DNA of 64,000 nt from an uncultured Gammaproteobacteria bacterium (lineage in GTDB: Bacteria > Patescibacteriota > Patescibacteriia > UBA11705 > DATKZF01). Of this stretch, positions 8,836 to 16,776 are shown piece after piece. The position numbers and the translations under genes are program-made. Below the pieces are notes generated by a model. The model ran no database searches and was not told where the DNA came from. It worked only from the letters and a program-made list of their open reading frames with translations. Where the stretch lies: NCBI GenBank assembly GCA_964411255.1, contig CAYPKD010000002.1, forward strand, positions 162,141 through 226,140, in the 5' to 3' direction. How positions within the stretch are numbered: position 1 is the first letter of the stretch; every line of letters starts with the position of its first letter.

Positions 8836-8864
8836 TTACAATTAATTTAAATTTGTTGTATAAT
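8836..8864 (+). promoter_or_regulatory. promoter TTACAA-17-TATAAT (upstream TG) for paralog 2
   Basis: -35 TTACAA at 8836-8841, -10 TATAAT at 8859-8864. RBS AAGGAGGGAG before the GTG start. Confidence 0.55.
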
Positions 8865-8892
8865 AAAAGTTGGAAATACAAAGGAGGGAGAA

Positions 8893-9561
8893 GTGAAAAT
8901 ACAAGCATCATATTTAGATTCTAGGATCACTCATGGAATAAAAGTAAGATTAGACAAAGTTGACAATCAAGCGTTTGCTATTCCAGACGAGAATGGCCAG
9001 TATGTGGTCACTGCTGTGTATGAAGAAGATTTTGTCGTATTTGTTGATGAAATAGAAAGATTTAAAGATGTCTGGGGTGAAGACACTGAAGTCTCTATTA
9101 CCAATATAGATAATGATAGTACGGTTCCTGGTAATGATTGGGAAAAGAATCCTATTACTCAGCATGAAATTACAAATAATGGTCATGAAGAACGTGCTAG
9201 GATGCAAAATTTAGATGATGAACAAGATATTGATGAAAATTCAGAAAGAGTTAGTGGATTATTTTTAGCAGTGATGACTTTAGAATTTATACCAGAAAAA
9301 GCTAGAGTTAATATTCAGACATTTAACAATCAGCAGATTGCCTTGCCTGCAGATGATGGCGAGTATGTGGTTTATTCAAACCTAAAGAATGGTCGAGGAA
9401 TATTGGTTGCTCCATATAAAGATGAGAAAAGAATAAAAGAAAGGCAATTGGCTAATCGTTATCTTTTGGGAAGGCCTTGTGGAGCTGGCAGACAAAGTAA
9501 AGCTGATTTTATTTCATCTGAGCAATTAAATCGATTGAGAGATTTGAAAAAAGATAAATGA
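8893..9561 (+). CDS. tandem-paralog family protein 2
   Basis: GTG start after RBS AAGGAGGGAGAA. Motifs HEITNNGHEER and DDGEYVV. C-terminus parallels paralog 1 (RY..GR..G..R.DF.S.EQL). Confidence 0.65.
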   Translation: MKIQASYLDSRITHGIKVRLDKVDNQAFAIPDENGQYVVTAVYEEDFVVFVDEIERFKDVWGEDTEVSITNIDNDSTVPGNDWEKNPITQHEITNNGHEERARMQNLDDEQDIDENSERVSGLFLAVMTLEFIPEKARVNIQTFNNQQIALPADDGEYVVYSNLKNGRGILVAPYKDEKRIKERQLANRYLLGRPCGAGRQSKADFISSEQLNRLRDLKKDK

Positions 9562-9593
9562 TGCAAAACAGAAATAAAATTCAAACAAAAACA

Positions 9594-9620
9594 AAAACCT
9601 TCAGCACTTGGAGGTTTTTT
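9594..9620 (+). terminator. conserved terminator cassette copy 2
   Basis: ATTCAAACAAAAACAAAAACCTTCAGCACTTGGAGGTTTTTT. Confidence 0.65.
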
Positions 9621-9860
9621 AAAAAGCAAAAATCAAAAAGCTTGCCCTGAGCTATGTCGAAGGGTAAAAACTGTGGAGTCGCTTGGCGACCTTTTTTTAT
9701 TCAAACAGCTAAACCCCTAACCCAAACTCAAATTTGCTACAAGTTACATGATATAAGTCGTATGATAAACTGTTGACGAAATGTGGAATAAATTCGCTTA
9801 TTCAATTTATTATTTTATTGTATAATTAAAATTAGGAAATAAAAAAAGGAGAGGGCAGAG

Positions 9861-10502
9861 ATGAAAAAGACAAGAAAGCTTTTTTTGTGTTCATCGAAAA
9901 TTAAAATTCTACCAGGACAAATAGTAAAAGATGAGAATGGCTTTGCTATACCCATCGAAACTTCTAATTTTAAATCACTTAATGAAAACGATATGTATAG
10001 AGTGGTTGGTTATGACGGTGATTGTTCAGTAAAAGTTGTCTCAGTTGACGAAGAGGCCGATTGCTCGACACATAATCCGTGGTGTCATGAAGATACCAAT
10101 CCGCCAGTTCGCCAGCGTATAACTAAAGATCCGGATGAATTAAGGTTTATAAGAGATGAATTAAGAGAAAAACGTCAACCTCATGTTGAGACAAAAACAT
10201 ATTCCGCTCTTATTAAAGGCAATGTAAATGTAATCGAAGGCGATAGGGTCAACATAATTGACTTTGAAGGCATTAATGGAATTGTTATCGCTGTATTAGA
10301 TGCTCTGGGCGTTTATGAAGTGATAGAAGTTGTTCAACATATTAACAAGCCGCTAATTGCCAGGCTTGTAAAAATTCAAAAGTGGAATAAAGCGCAAAGA
10401 GGCGGTCAGTATCCTGATCAGCAAGATTTAAGGGTATCAGATACTTCTTGGGTTGATGATTTCTCAAATATCAAATTTGTCCTAGAAGAAAATGATGATT
10501 AA
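9861..10502 (+). CDS. tandem-paralog family protein 3 (diverged)
   Basis: Upstream TTGTATAAT -10 and RBS AAGGAGAGGG. Shares the ITKDPDE motif and the V-N-V-I-x-GD-x-V module with paralog 4. Confidence 0.6.
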   Translation: MKKTRKLFLCSSKIKILPGQIVKDENGFAIPIETSNFKSLNENDMYRVVGYDGDCSVKVVSVDEEADCSTHNPWCHEDTNPPVRQRITKDPDELRFIRDELREKRQPHVETKTYSALIKGNVNVIEGDRVNIIDFEGINGIVIAVLDALGVYEVIEVVQHINKPLIARLVKIQKWNKAQRGGQYPDQQDLRVSDTSWVDDFSNIKFVLEENDD

Positions 10503-10530
10503 AACAAAAACACAAATTCAAACAAAAACA

Positions 10531-10558
10531 AAAAATCTTCAGCAACTGGAGATTTTTT
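10531..10558 (+). terminator. conserved terminator cassette copy 3
   Basis: ATTCAAACAAAAACAAAAAATCTTCAGCAACTGGAGATTTTTTT. Confidence 0.65.
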
Positions 10559-10711
10559 TAATAGATTAAAGATCTCCGCCAAAGGCGGACGATTTTTTTT
10601 ATTATGTATTATATGGTACAAGCTATGAGCTCTCGTGTATCGTTTGGTTATCAAAATAATTTTTTTATTGTATAATATAAGAGTTGAAAACAAAAAAATA
10701 GGAGGGAGATC

Positions 10712-11260
10712 ATGCTAACAAAATTAAGATTTTGTAATGCAAAATTACAAATAGGCGTAGGAGATAAGGTAATAGACAGAGAGGGCTTAGCATTTCCTGT
10801 TTTGTCTGATTCGACTGAAGATAGCTTAGATGTATTAGAGGTTGTTGAAGTAAATCAAGAAAAACTGGAAGTTTTGACAAGGCCATTTACAAATTTAAAT
10901 GAAGATGCATGGGCTGAAATTTCTGGATCATATGAGATAAAAACAGATCCGGGAAATAATATTACAAAAGATCCAGCGATAGAGACAAAAGGTCATGAAG
11001 AATTTGAAGTATTGATGGCTGTAATTGATGGTGAAGTAAATGTAATCCAAGGTGATCCAGTAAGAATTGTCGGTTATCGAGCACAAGCCGGAATTGTTGA
11101 TGTGGTGCCACATCCTGAAGGAGAGTATGTTATTATTGAAATTATTGCTGAGATGTCTGTACCGCGAAAAGGCTTGTGGGTGCAAATTGAACCAGATTAT
11201 GATGATGACAATGATAATGATTTTGCAGAAAAAGTAAAAGTCAAAATTTATAATGCATGA
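10712..11260 (+). CDS. tandem-paralog family protein 4 (diverged)
   Basis: Upstream TTGTATAAT and RBS AGGAGGGAGA. Motifs NNITKDPAIETKGHEE and PEGEYVIIE. Confidence 0.6.
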   Translation: MLTKLRFCNAKLQIGVGDKVIDREGLAFPVLSDSTEDSLDVLEVVEVNQEKLEVLTRPFTNLNEDAWAEISGSYEIKTDPGNNITKDPAIETKGHEEFEVLMAVIDGEVNVIQGDPVRIVGYRAQAGIVDVVPHPEGEYVIIEIIAEMSVPRKGLWVQIEPDYDDDNDNDFAEKVKVKIYNA

Positions 11261-11280
11261 AAATTCAAACAAAAACAAAA

Positions 11281-11306
11281 ACCTTCAGCACTGGAGGTTT
11301 TTTTAA
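11281..11306 (+). terminator. conserved terminator cassette copy 4
   Basis: ATTCAAACAAAAACAAAAACCTTCAGCACTGGAGGTTTTTTT. Confidence 0.65.
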
Positions 11307-11417
11307 AATCAAAAAGCAAAAAGCAAAAAGTAAAAAAAATAAAAAATTTGGAGTTTTTATTTGATTTTTTTTATAAAAAGAGATAATATGTCAATAATTA
11401 AGAAATAAGGGAATTTT

Positions 11418-11573
11418 ATGGAAGAACAATTTGAAAGTCTGGAAATTAGAACGCCTTTAGACAGGGAAAATGACTTATTAAAGCATTTTGAAGGTGATCG
11501 AAAAACTGTTGCTGATACATTTAGATCAGCCAGTGATTTTTTATATAACAAATACAAAGAAAACAAACAATAA
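11418..11573 (+). CDS. hypothetical small protein (51 aa)
   Basis: ATG 8-10 nt after AAGGGAA. Encodes MEEQFESLEIRTPLDRENDLLKHFEGDRKTVADTFRSASDFLYNKYKENKQ. Its stop is 2 nt before the next ORF. Preferred over the low-complexity antisense ORF 11357..11566. Confidence 0.35.
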   Translation: MEEQFESLEIRTPLDRENDLLKHFEGDRKTVADTFRSASDFLYNKYKENKQ

Positions 11574-11575
11574 TT

Positions 11576-11854
11576 ATGGAATTGGCTCCAAAAGTTAAAA
11601 AATTAATTGATGAGTCAGATACTGATCAGCAAACAAAAGATTTAATGAATGAATTTTTCAAGTCAATCAGCGATGAGACTCATTATGTAAAAATAATTGA
11701 TCTGTTTGAAAGATTCCCAAGCCTTTTTGACAATTTTGTGGCTTGCTTTACTTTAAAGAAAGCATATTTTGAAAAAGGCGGAACTGAAAATGAATGGAAT
11801 GATATTTTAGCAAAGGAAGAAGATGCGCTGAATCAATTGAAAGTACAGGAATAA
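11576..11854 (+). CDS. hypothetical small acidic protein (92 aa)
   Basis: ORF apparently translationally coupled to the preceding small ORF. Confidence 0.45.
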   Translation: MELAPKVKKLIDESDTDQQTKDLMNEFFKSISDETHYVKIIDLFERFPSLFDNFVACFTLKKAYFEKGGTENEWNDILAKEEDALNQLKVQE

Positions 11855-11952
11855 TTTAGAATGTAGGCAGGAAGAAGTTTAATATAAGGGCATTATGCTC
11901 TTTTTTTGATATATATTTTATGTTTTATTATGGAGTTATCCACAGGGGATAT

Positions 11953-11980
11953 TGACTGTTCGTTTTTTGTTCGGTATAAT
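11953..11980 (+). promoter_or_regulatory. sigma70 promoter TTGACT-16-TATAAT of the lexA transcription unit
   Basis: TTGACT at 11953-11958 and TATAAT at 11975-11980. Confidence 0.6.
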
Positions 11981-12007
11981 GCCAATGAGAGTGTTCGGTA
12001 TTTGTTC
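11958..12007 (+). promoter_or_regulatory. two GTTC-N7-GTTC direct repeats (candidate LexA/SOS boxes)
   Basis: GTTCgttttttGTTC at 11958-11972 lies inside the promoter spacer. GTTCggtatttGTTC at 11993-12007 lies just downstream of the -10. The GTTC-N7-GTTC direct repeat is the described alphaproteobacterial-type SOS box. Confidence 0.4.
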
Positions 12008-12012
12008 GTAAT

Positions 12013-12478
12013 AAGCGAGATAAGCAAGACGAGCAAGAAAGCGAGACAAGTAATCCTTTAATATGGAAAATAAAAAAGAAATAAAAAGTTTTAAAGATAT
12101 TATTGTTTGGCAAAAAGCTCATCAATTGGTTCTGGAAATATATAAGATAACCAAGAATTTCCCAAGCGAAGAGCGATTTTGTTTGGTCAGTCAGATGAGA
12201 AGAGCGGTCATATCAGTAACTGCTAATATTGTTGAAGGTTTTGCCAGGAAAAAGATTTTAGAAAGTTTAAATTTTTATAATATTTCAAATGCTTCTTTAG
12301 AGGAATTAAAATATTTTATATTAATTTGTTATGATATTAATCTAATAACTAAAAATACTTATAGCAAACTATTTGAAATGAGCAAAGAGACAGGAAGGAC
12401 TTTACATGGTTGGATACAAAGTCAAAAAGTTAATGCCAACTTGTCTTGCTCGTTTCACTAGTCTTGCTTGTCTCGCTT
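12013..12478 (+). mobile_element. inverted-repeat-flanked cassette carrying a four-helix-bundle gene (MITE-like, putative)
   Basis: Left inverted repeat AAGCGAGATAAGCAAGACGAGCAAGAAAGCGAGACAAGT at 12013-12051. Right inverted repeat ACTTGTCTTGCTCGTTTCACTAGTCTTGCTTGTCTCGCTT at 12439-12478, which encodes the last 7 codons and the stop. The same repeat family recurs at 13307-13327 and as an apparently empty pair at 34994-35083. Confidence 0.35.
12063..12461 (+). CDS. four-helix-bundle protein (TIGR02436-like; 23S rRNA intervening-sequence protein family)
   Basis: WQKAHQLVLEIYKITKNFPSEERFCLVSQMRRAVISVTANIVEGFAR is typical of the family. Confidence 0.7.
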   Translation: MENKKEIKSFKDIIVWQKAHQLVLEIYKITKNFPSEERFCLVSQMRRAVISVTANIVEGFARKKILESLNFYNISNASLEELKYFILICYDINLITKNTYSKLFEMSKETGRTLHGWIQSQKVNANLSCSFH

Positions 12479-12485
12479 TAACCAT

Positions 12486-13091
12486 ATGGGAGAGCTTACA
12501 AAAAAACAATCAGAAATTTTACGCTTTATAAGTGATTATGTAAAAGAATATGATTATGCGCCAAGCTATCGGGAGATAGGGGATAATTTTAAGATTTCAT
12601 CTCCAGCTACCATTCATCAGCATATTCAAACATTAAAATCCAAAGGATTTTTAGATGTTGATGCGCAAAAAGCCAGATCTATTGAATTGACCAATAAAGT
12701 AATCAAGATGGGCAGAAGCATTGAATTGCCTTTAGTTGGTATGATTACTGCTGGACAGCCGATTGAAGCAATTGAACAAAATGAAACAATGGCCGTGCCT
12801 GCTGATTTAGTCAGAGATGAGAATTCATACATCTTAAAAGTAAAAGGAGAATCAATGATTGAAGAAGGTATTTTTAACGGTGATTTTGTGATTATTGAAA
12901 GAAACAATTATCCTCAGAATGGAGACGTAGTTGTCGCTTTATTAAATAATGCGTATGTCACTTTGAAAAAGTTTTATCGGGAAGCGACCCGCATTCGGCT
13001 GCAGCCTGCCAATTCATCTATGAAACCTATTTATTGCAAAGACGTGGCTATCAGAGGAATTGTAAAAGCTATTATTCGTAAATTTGTTTAA
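12486..13091 (+). CDS. lexA: LexA repressor (S24 peptidase)
   Basis: N-terminal wHTH, Ala-Gly cleavage site (ITAGQP), and catalytic Ser/Lys context VKGESM ... TLKKF. Alternative start at 12468 lies inside the repeat. Confidence 0.8.
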   Translation: MGELTKKQSEILRFISDYVKEYDYAPSYREIGDNFKISSPATIHQHIQTLKSKGFLDVDAQKARSIELTNKVIKMGRSIELPLVGMITAGQPIEAIEQNETMAVPADLVRDENSYILKVKGESMIEEGIFNGDFVIIERNNYPQNGDVVVALLNNAYVTLKKFYREATRIRLQPANSSMKPIYCKDVAIRGIVKAIIRKFV

Positions 13092-13338
13092 TACATAACA
13101 AGCATGGGCAGAAGAATGGGGAGGAGTAAATTAATTCATTTTAATTTCTCCCTCTCCTTGTTCTTCTGTTAACCCCAGCTTTTCTCAACCTTATGTCAAA
13201 AAGAAAAATAAAATCAATTTATCGGAAGGCTGTTGGATTTTGGAGAGATTTGACTATCAATGTTTAATTAGAGTAAGGCATGTAAAACAAGTGTGATATA
13301 TATATGGCGACTTGTCTTGCTTGTCGCATTATTTATTT

Positions 13339-13587
13339 ATGCATGAAGTAATAAATCAACCAATTGAAGTAATTGCTGCTTTTACGAGAAGTAAAATGAT
13401 TCCGTTATTTTTTAAATGGAAAAATCGTCGCTATAAAGTTAGGAAAATTAATCTTGTCCATTCAGTTCGAGAGGGCAGGAATAAAATATACTTTTTTTCA
13501 GTATCAGATGCAGTTAATTTTTTTAAGATTTGCTTTGATACTGAGAAAGGGACTTGGAAATTATTAGAACTATATTATGAAGGTTAA
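13339..13587 (+). CDS. hypothetical small protein upstream of Y-family polymerase (position analogous to YolD/UmuD-like accessory)
   Basis: ORF 13312..13587. ATG at 13339 (MHEVINQ) is the more plausible start because the upstream part is a repeat copy. The YolD analogy rests on position only. Confidence 0.35.
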   Translation: MHEVINQPIEVIAAFTRSKMIPLFFKWKNRRYKVRKINLVHSVREGRNKIYFFSVSDAVNFFKICFDTEKGTWKLLELYYEG

Positions 13588-13684
13588 AACAAAAATTTTT
13601 AAATCAAACGTTCACTTTTGGGCTGAGTTGCATGGTAAAGACTATATTTTTGATTTCGATACTGAAACATACATCCCCGCTTAG

Positions 13685-13708
13685 TTATATATAACCGGTT
13701 ATATATAA
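13685..13708. promoter_or_regulatory. 24-bp perfect palindrome TTATATATAACCGGTTATATATAA upstream of dinB
   Basis: Perfect dyad about 70 bp upstream of the dinB start. Candidate operator. Confidence 0.35.
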
Positions 13709-13776
13709 AATGTGAGACACGAAAGGCGAAAGGATTAATTTATATTTTTCCTTTCGCTTTTCTATTTTCTAATATT

Positions 13777-14985
13777 ATGAAAATAATTCTTCATATAGAC
13801 ATGAATTCGTATTTTGCTTCAGTTGAGCAGCAGGCCAATCCTTTTTTGCGTGGTAAGCCAATTGTGGTCAGCGGAAAAGAAGATTCCCGGACCGTTATTG
13901 TGGCTGCTTCGATCGAAGCTAAAAAATTTGGAATAAAAACAGCAATGAATGTTTTTGAAGCAAAAAAACTTTGCCCAAATTTATATTTTGTTCAGCCAGA
14001 TCCGCAAAAATACGCTCAGGTAACCAATTCTTTTTTTGAAATATTTAAAAGGTATAGCAGTGAGGTTGAGCTTTTTAGTATTGACGAGGCTTTTTTAGAT
14101 TTAACAAAATATGTAAAAAATTTTAATCAGGCACATATTGTTGCAAAAAAAATTAAGGAACAAATTAAAAATGAAATAGGAGAGAGGATTACTTGTTCTG
14201 TGGGCATTTCATTTAATCGTATTTTAGCAAAATTAGCTGCTAATATGAAAAAACCTGATGGTCTGGTGGTGATTGAAGAGAAAGATAAGTTAAAAGTGTT
14301 AGATTCAATAAAACCAAATGATTTATGCGGATTGGGCCCTCGTCTGGCAAAGAGGCTTAATAATTTAGGATTGGATACTTTAAGGAAAATCAGACAAGCA
14401 AATAAGCAAATAATGCTGGATGAATTTGGCCCGTATTGGGCTCCGAGATTGCAAAAAATGGCAGCTGGAGAATTAGATGAAACAATCACTCCGTATTATA
14501 AAGAAGAGCAGCTAAAGTCAGCAGGTGCTTCTTATACCTTGCCTCAAAATACTTATGATAAAAATTATCTTTATCAAATATTAATTCAGCTGGTTGAAAA
14601 AGTATGCCGTCGGCTGAGGAAAAATAATTTGAGCGCAAAAACAACCGCATATTTTTTGAGATTTGAGGATTTTACTCATTGGGGAGAAAGAAAAACCTGG
14701 ACTAATTATTTATATGATGAGGTAAATTTTTTTGAATGGGCAAAATCGCAAATTGAAAGATTAATTTTTCCCAAGGCTGTCAGATTAATTGGCTTTAGAG
14801 CAGGAAATGTGATTGAAAGTAATAATCAAATGCCTTTATTTATAAAAGAAAGGAAAAAATTTTTATTAATAAAATCCTTGGATAAAATCAATGATATTTA
14901 TGGTGAACGTACCATTTTTAGCGCAGCCATGCTGGATGTGCCCAAATTAAAAAGGCGCGCAGGAGGATTTAAATTTGAAATCTAA
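13777..14985 (+). CDS. dinB: DNA polymerase IV (Y-family, DinB/UmuC-like)
   Basis: N-terminus ILHIDMNSYFASVEQ and the palm motifs are typical of Y-family polymerases. Confidence 0.85.
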   Translation: MKIILHIDMNSYFASVEQQANPFLRGKPIVVSGKEDSRTVIVAASIEAKKFGIKTAMNVFEAKKLCPNLYFVQPDPQKYAQVTNSFFEIFKRYSSEVELFSIDEAFLDLTKYVKNFNQAHIVAKKIKEQIKNEIGERITCSVGISFNRILAKLAANMKKPDGLVVIEEKDKLKVLDSIKPNDLCGLGPRLAKRLNNLGLDTLRKIRQANKQIMLDEFGPYWAPRLQKMAAGELDETITPYYKEEQLKSAGASYTLPQNTYDKNYLYQILIQLVEKVCRRLRKNNLSAKTTAYFLRFEDFTHWGERKTWTNYLYDEVNFFEWAKSQIERLIFPKAVRLIGFRAGNVIESNNQMPLFIKERKKFLLIKSLDKINDIYGERTIFSAAMLDVPKLKRRAGGFKFEI

Positions 14986-14993
14986 AAAAGTAA

Positions 14994-15024
14994 AAGCCCG
15001 CATTGTGAAGCTACGGGCTTTGTC
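14994..15024 (+). terminator. terminator after dinB
   Basis: AAGCCCG-cattgtgaagcta-CGGGCTT followed by TGTCTTAT. Confidence 0.5.
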
Positions 15025-15587
15025 TTATGGGAGTAGGGTAAAGACCCTGAATTAGTGTCTCCGATAAGTGTTTGGACCAGGGTCGATTTGATTAGGTGTG
15101 ATAATGAGATGGGAAGGGATGTAGTTGAAATGACAGATGGATTGGTTGTGAAATTTGCTTTTCGAAGTTGAAGTATTAAAGTGAGCTGGACAGAAATTCC
15201 AAAAGCAAATGTAAGCGGGTGATTTATTGATTCGACCTGAGGTCTTTGACTTTATTTGAAAGAACAGATGTGCTGCTTGAAAGATTTATAAGGCCGGGTT
15301 TTGGTGGCTGTTTCTAGAGAGAAACGTTAAATTGCCACTTGGTCATTTGTTCTGTTTTTATTGAAGATCACAGAGCAAAGTATCCATTCGGTTTCTTGGT
15401 AGGCATTACTATTTAGCGTGCCCCCCTTAACCGTGTCAGGCCTTCATGTCTTTGTTTTAATTAGTTAGGCATTTTCAGCCAGCTAATTTGATTTAAGCTG
15501 CACACTACTTTATATCATATTTTTTTAAAAAAGTCAATACCTTTTAATGATTTTTCGCTATTTTTAGCTATTTTTTTCAAAACAAAA

Positions 15588-15612
15588 AGGATCCAAATTT
15601 GATAAGGATCCT
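15588..15612 (-). terminator. terminator (minus strand) for 15611..15868
   Basis: AGGATCC/GGATCCT hairpin overlapping the stop. The minus strand is followed by TTTTGTTTTG. Confidence 0.55.
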
Positions 15613-15868
15613 ATACAGCTATTTTGAGCTGTTCTCCTTCAGGAGTTAATTCATGAAAAGTGGTTTCCAGAATATCCTTAATTGTTCTGCGAATAGCAGT
15701 TGGATACTTTGGATCTTCAAGCATTTCCCGAATGACAGGAATTGCTAGTCCGCCCAGCTTTTTGATTTTAACCAGGCGTCTACTAATTTCACGATTTGGT
15801 CCAATTCCTGCCTGCCGCCAGGCAAGAATGGTTTCTAAAAGATCTTTTGCTTTTTGTGAATTAGTCAC
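15611..15868 (-). CDS. hypothetical small protein (85 aa)
   Basis: ORF downstream of the GGDEF gene on the same strand. Confidence 0.45.
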   Translation of the reverse strand: MTNSQKAKDLLETILAWRQAGIGPNREISRRLVKIKKLGGLAIPVIREMLEDPKYPTAIRRTIKDILETTFHELTPEGEQLKIAV

Positions 15869-15897
15869 TGTTTGCCTCCTTGTTTTGTTTGTTTATA

Positions 15898-16641
15898 TTA
15901 TTGGTTATTTGAAATTTCGCTGCACAGTACAACGCGGTTTTTTCCAGCATCTTTTGCGATATATACGCAGACATCAGATTTATCAATAATGTCATCAATT
16001 GAGCTTTCAGTATTAATTCCAATGTTCCAATTGCCTGAAATAGAGCCTCCAATAGAAGCTGTTATCGGGCCTTGGATGTGATGTCCCATTTGATGAACTC
16101 GTTCAACAACCTGCGCCTGAATGGTTTTTCTGAGACGATTACAAATACTTTTTAAATCAGCAGGATTTATTTTTTCAAAAAGAATAAGAAATTCTTCACC
16201 GCCCCAACGGCAGATAAGATCAAGTAGATGAGTGGCCTTTTTTAGCGTTTGTGCAAATGCCACAATAACTGCATCACCTACTAAATGTCCATATGTATCA
16301 TTAATTATTTTGAAATCATCAATATCAATCATTAATATGGCATTGACTGTTGGGATATTTATCCCTCTTTCAATTGCTGCTTCACGGTCTTTCTCTTTAT
16401 CAACTAATTCAGCCAGTTTTTTCCTGGTATATCGTCTGTTATATAAGCCGGTTAATGGGTCATGGGCTGATAGGAGAAGTAAATGTTTGAGAATATGATT
16501 TTCCATTTCATCTGATGGAACATCTTTTAAAGATATTTCTTCCTGAGTAACAATTCTTTCTTCACCTGTTTCTGCTGTTTCTTTTAGAATTAGGATTATA
16601 CTATCTTTTGTTATTATTCGTTCCAGCTTTTCTTTTATCAA
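15898..16641 (-). CDS. GGDEF-domain diguanylate cyclase (GGEEF active-site variant)
   Basis: LTGLYNRRY, DIDDFKIINDTYGHLVGD and RWGGEEF motifs. Confidence 0.8.
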   Translation of the reverse strand: MIKEKLERIITKDSIILILKETAETGEERIVTQEEISLKDVPSDEMENHILKHLLLLSAHDPLTGLYNRRYTRKKLAELVDKEKDREAAIERGINIPTVNAILMIDIDDFKIINDTYGHLVGDAVIVAFAQTLKKATHLLDLICRWGGEEFLILFEKINPADLKSICNRLRKTIQAQVVERVHQMGHHIQGPITASIGGSISGNWNIGINTESSIDDIIDKSDVCVYIAKDAGKNRVVLCSEISNNQ

Positions 16642-16776
16642 TTTTATCTCCTGTTTTAAGGTTCAATATTTACCTCCTTACATTATAACCATAGCTTTAA
16701 ATGAGCTTTTTGTCAAGCTGAACTTTTATAAAAAATATGGTAAAATATAATTAATAATTAATAAATTACACAATCT

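Noticed and set aside
11357-11566. 69-aa minus-strand ORF
   Set aside because: Low-complexity composition, and antisense to a + strand small ORF that has an RBS and is coupled to the next gene.
13109-13168. Mini-ORF MGRRMGRSKLIHFNFSLSLFFC after lexA
   Set aside because: Its sequence is an imperfect long hairpin (CAGAAGAATGGGGAGGAG...CTCCCTCTCCTTGTTCTTCTG). It is more likely a terminator or structural element than coding.
15025-15587. Tested the ORF-free segment for RNase P (GGAAAGTCCGG, ACAGAAnCCGGCTTA), tmRNA (tag ...ALAA codons, TpsiC+CCA end) and SRP domain IV (GGUCAGG...GGAA...AGCAGC)
   Set aside because: None of the signature strings is present on either strand, so no specific ncRNA call was made. 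The region remains a finding only.
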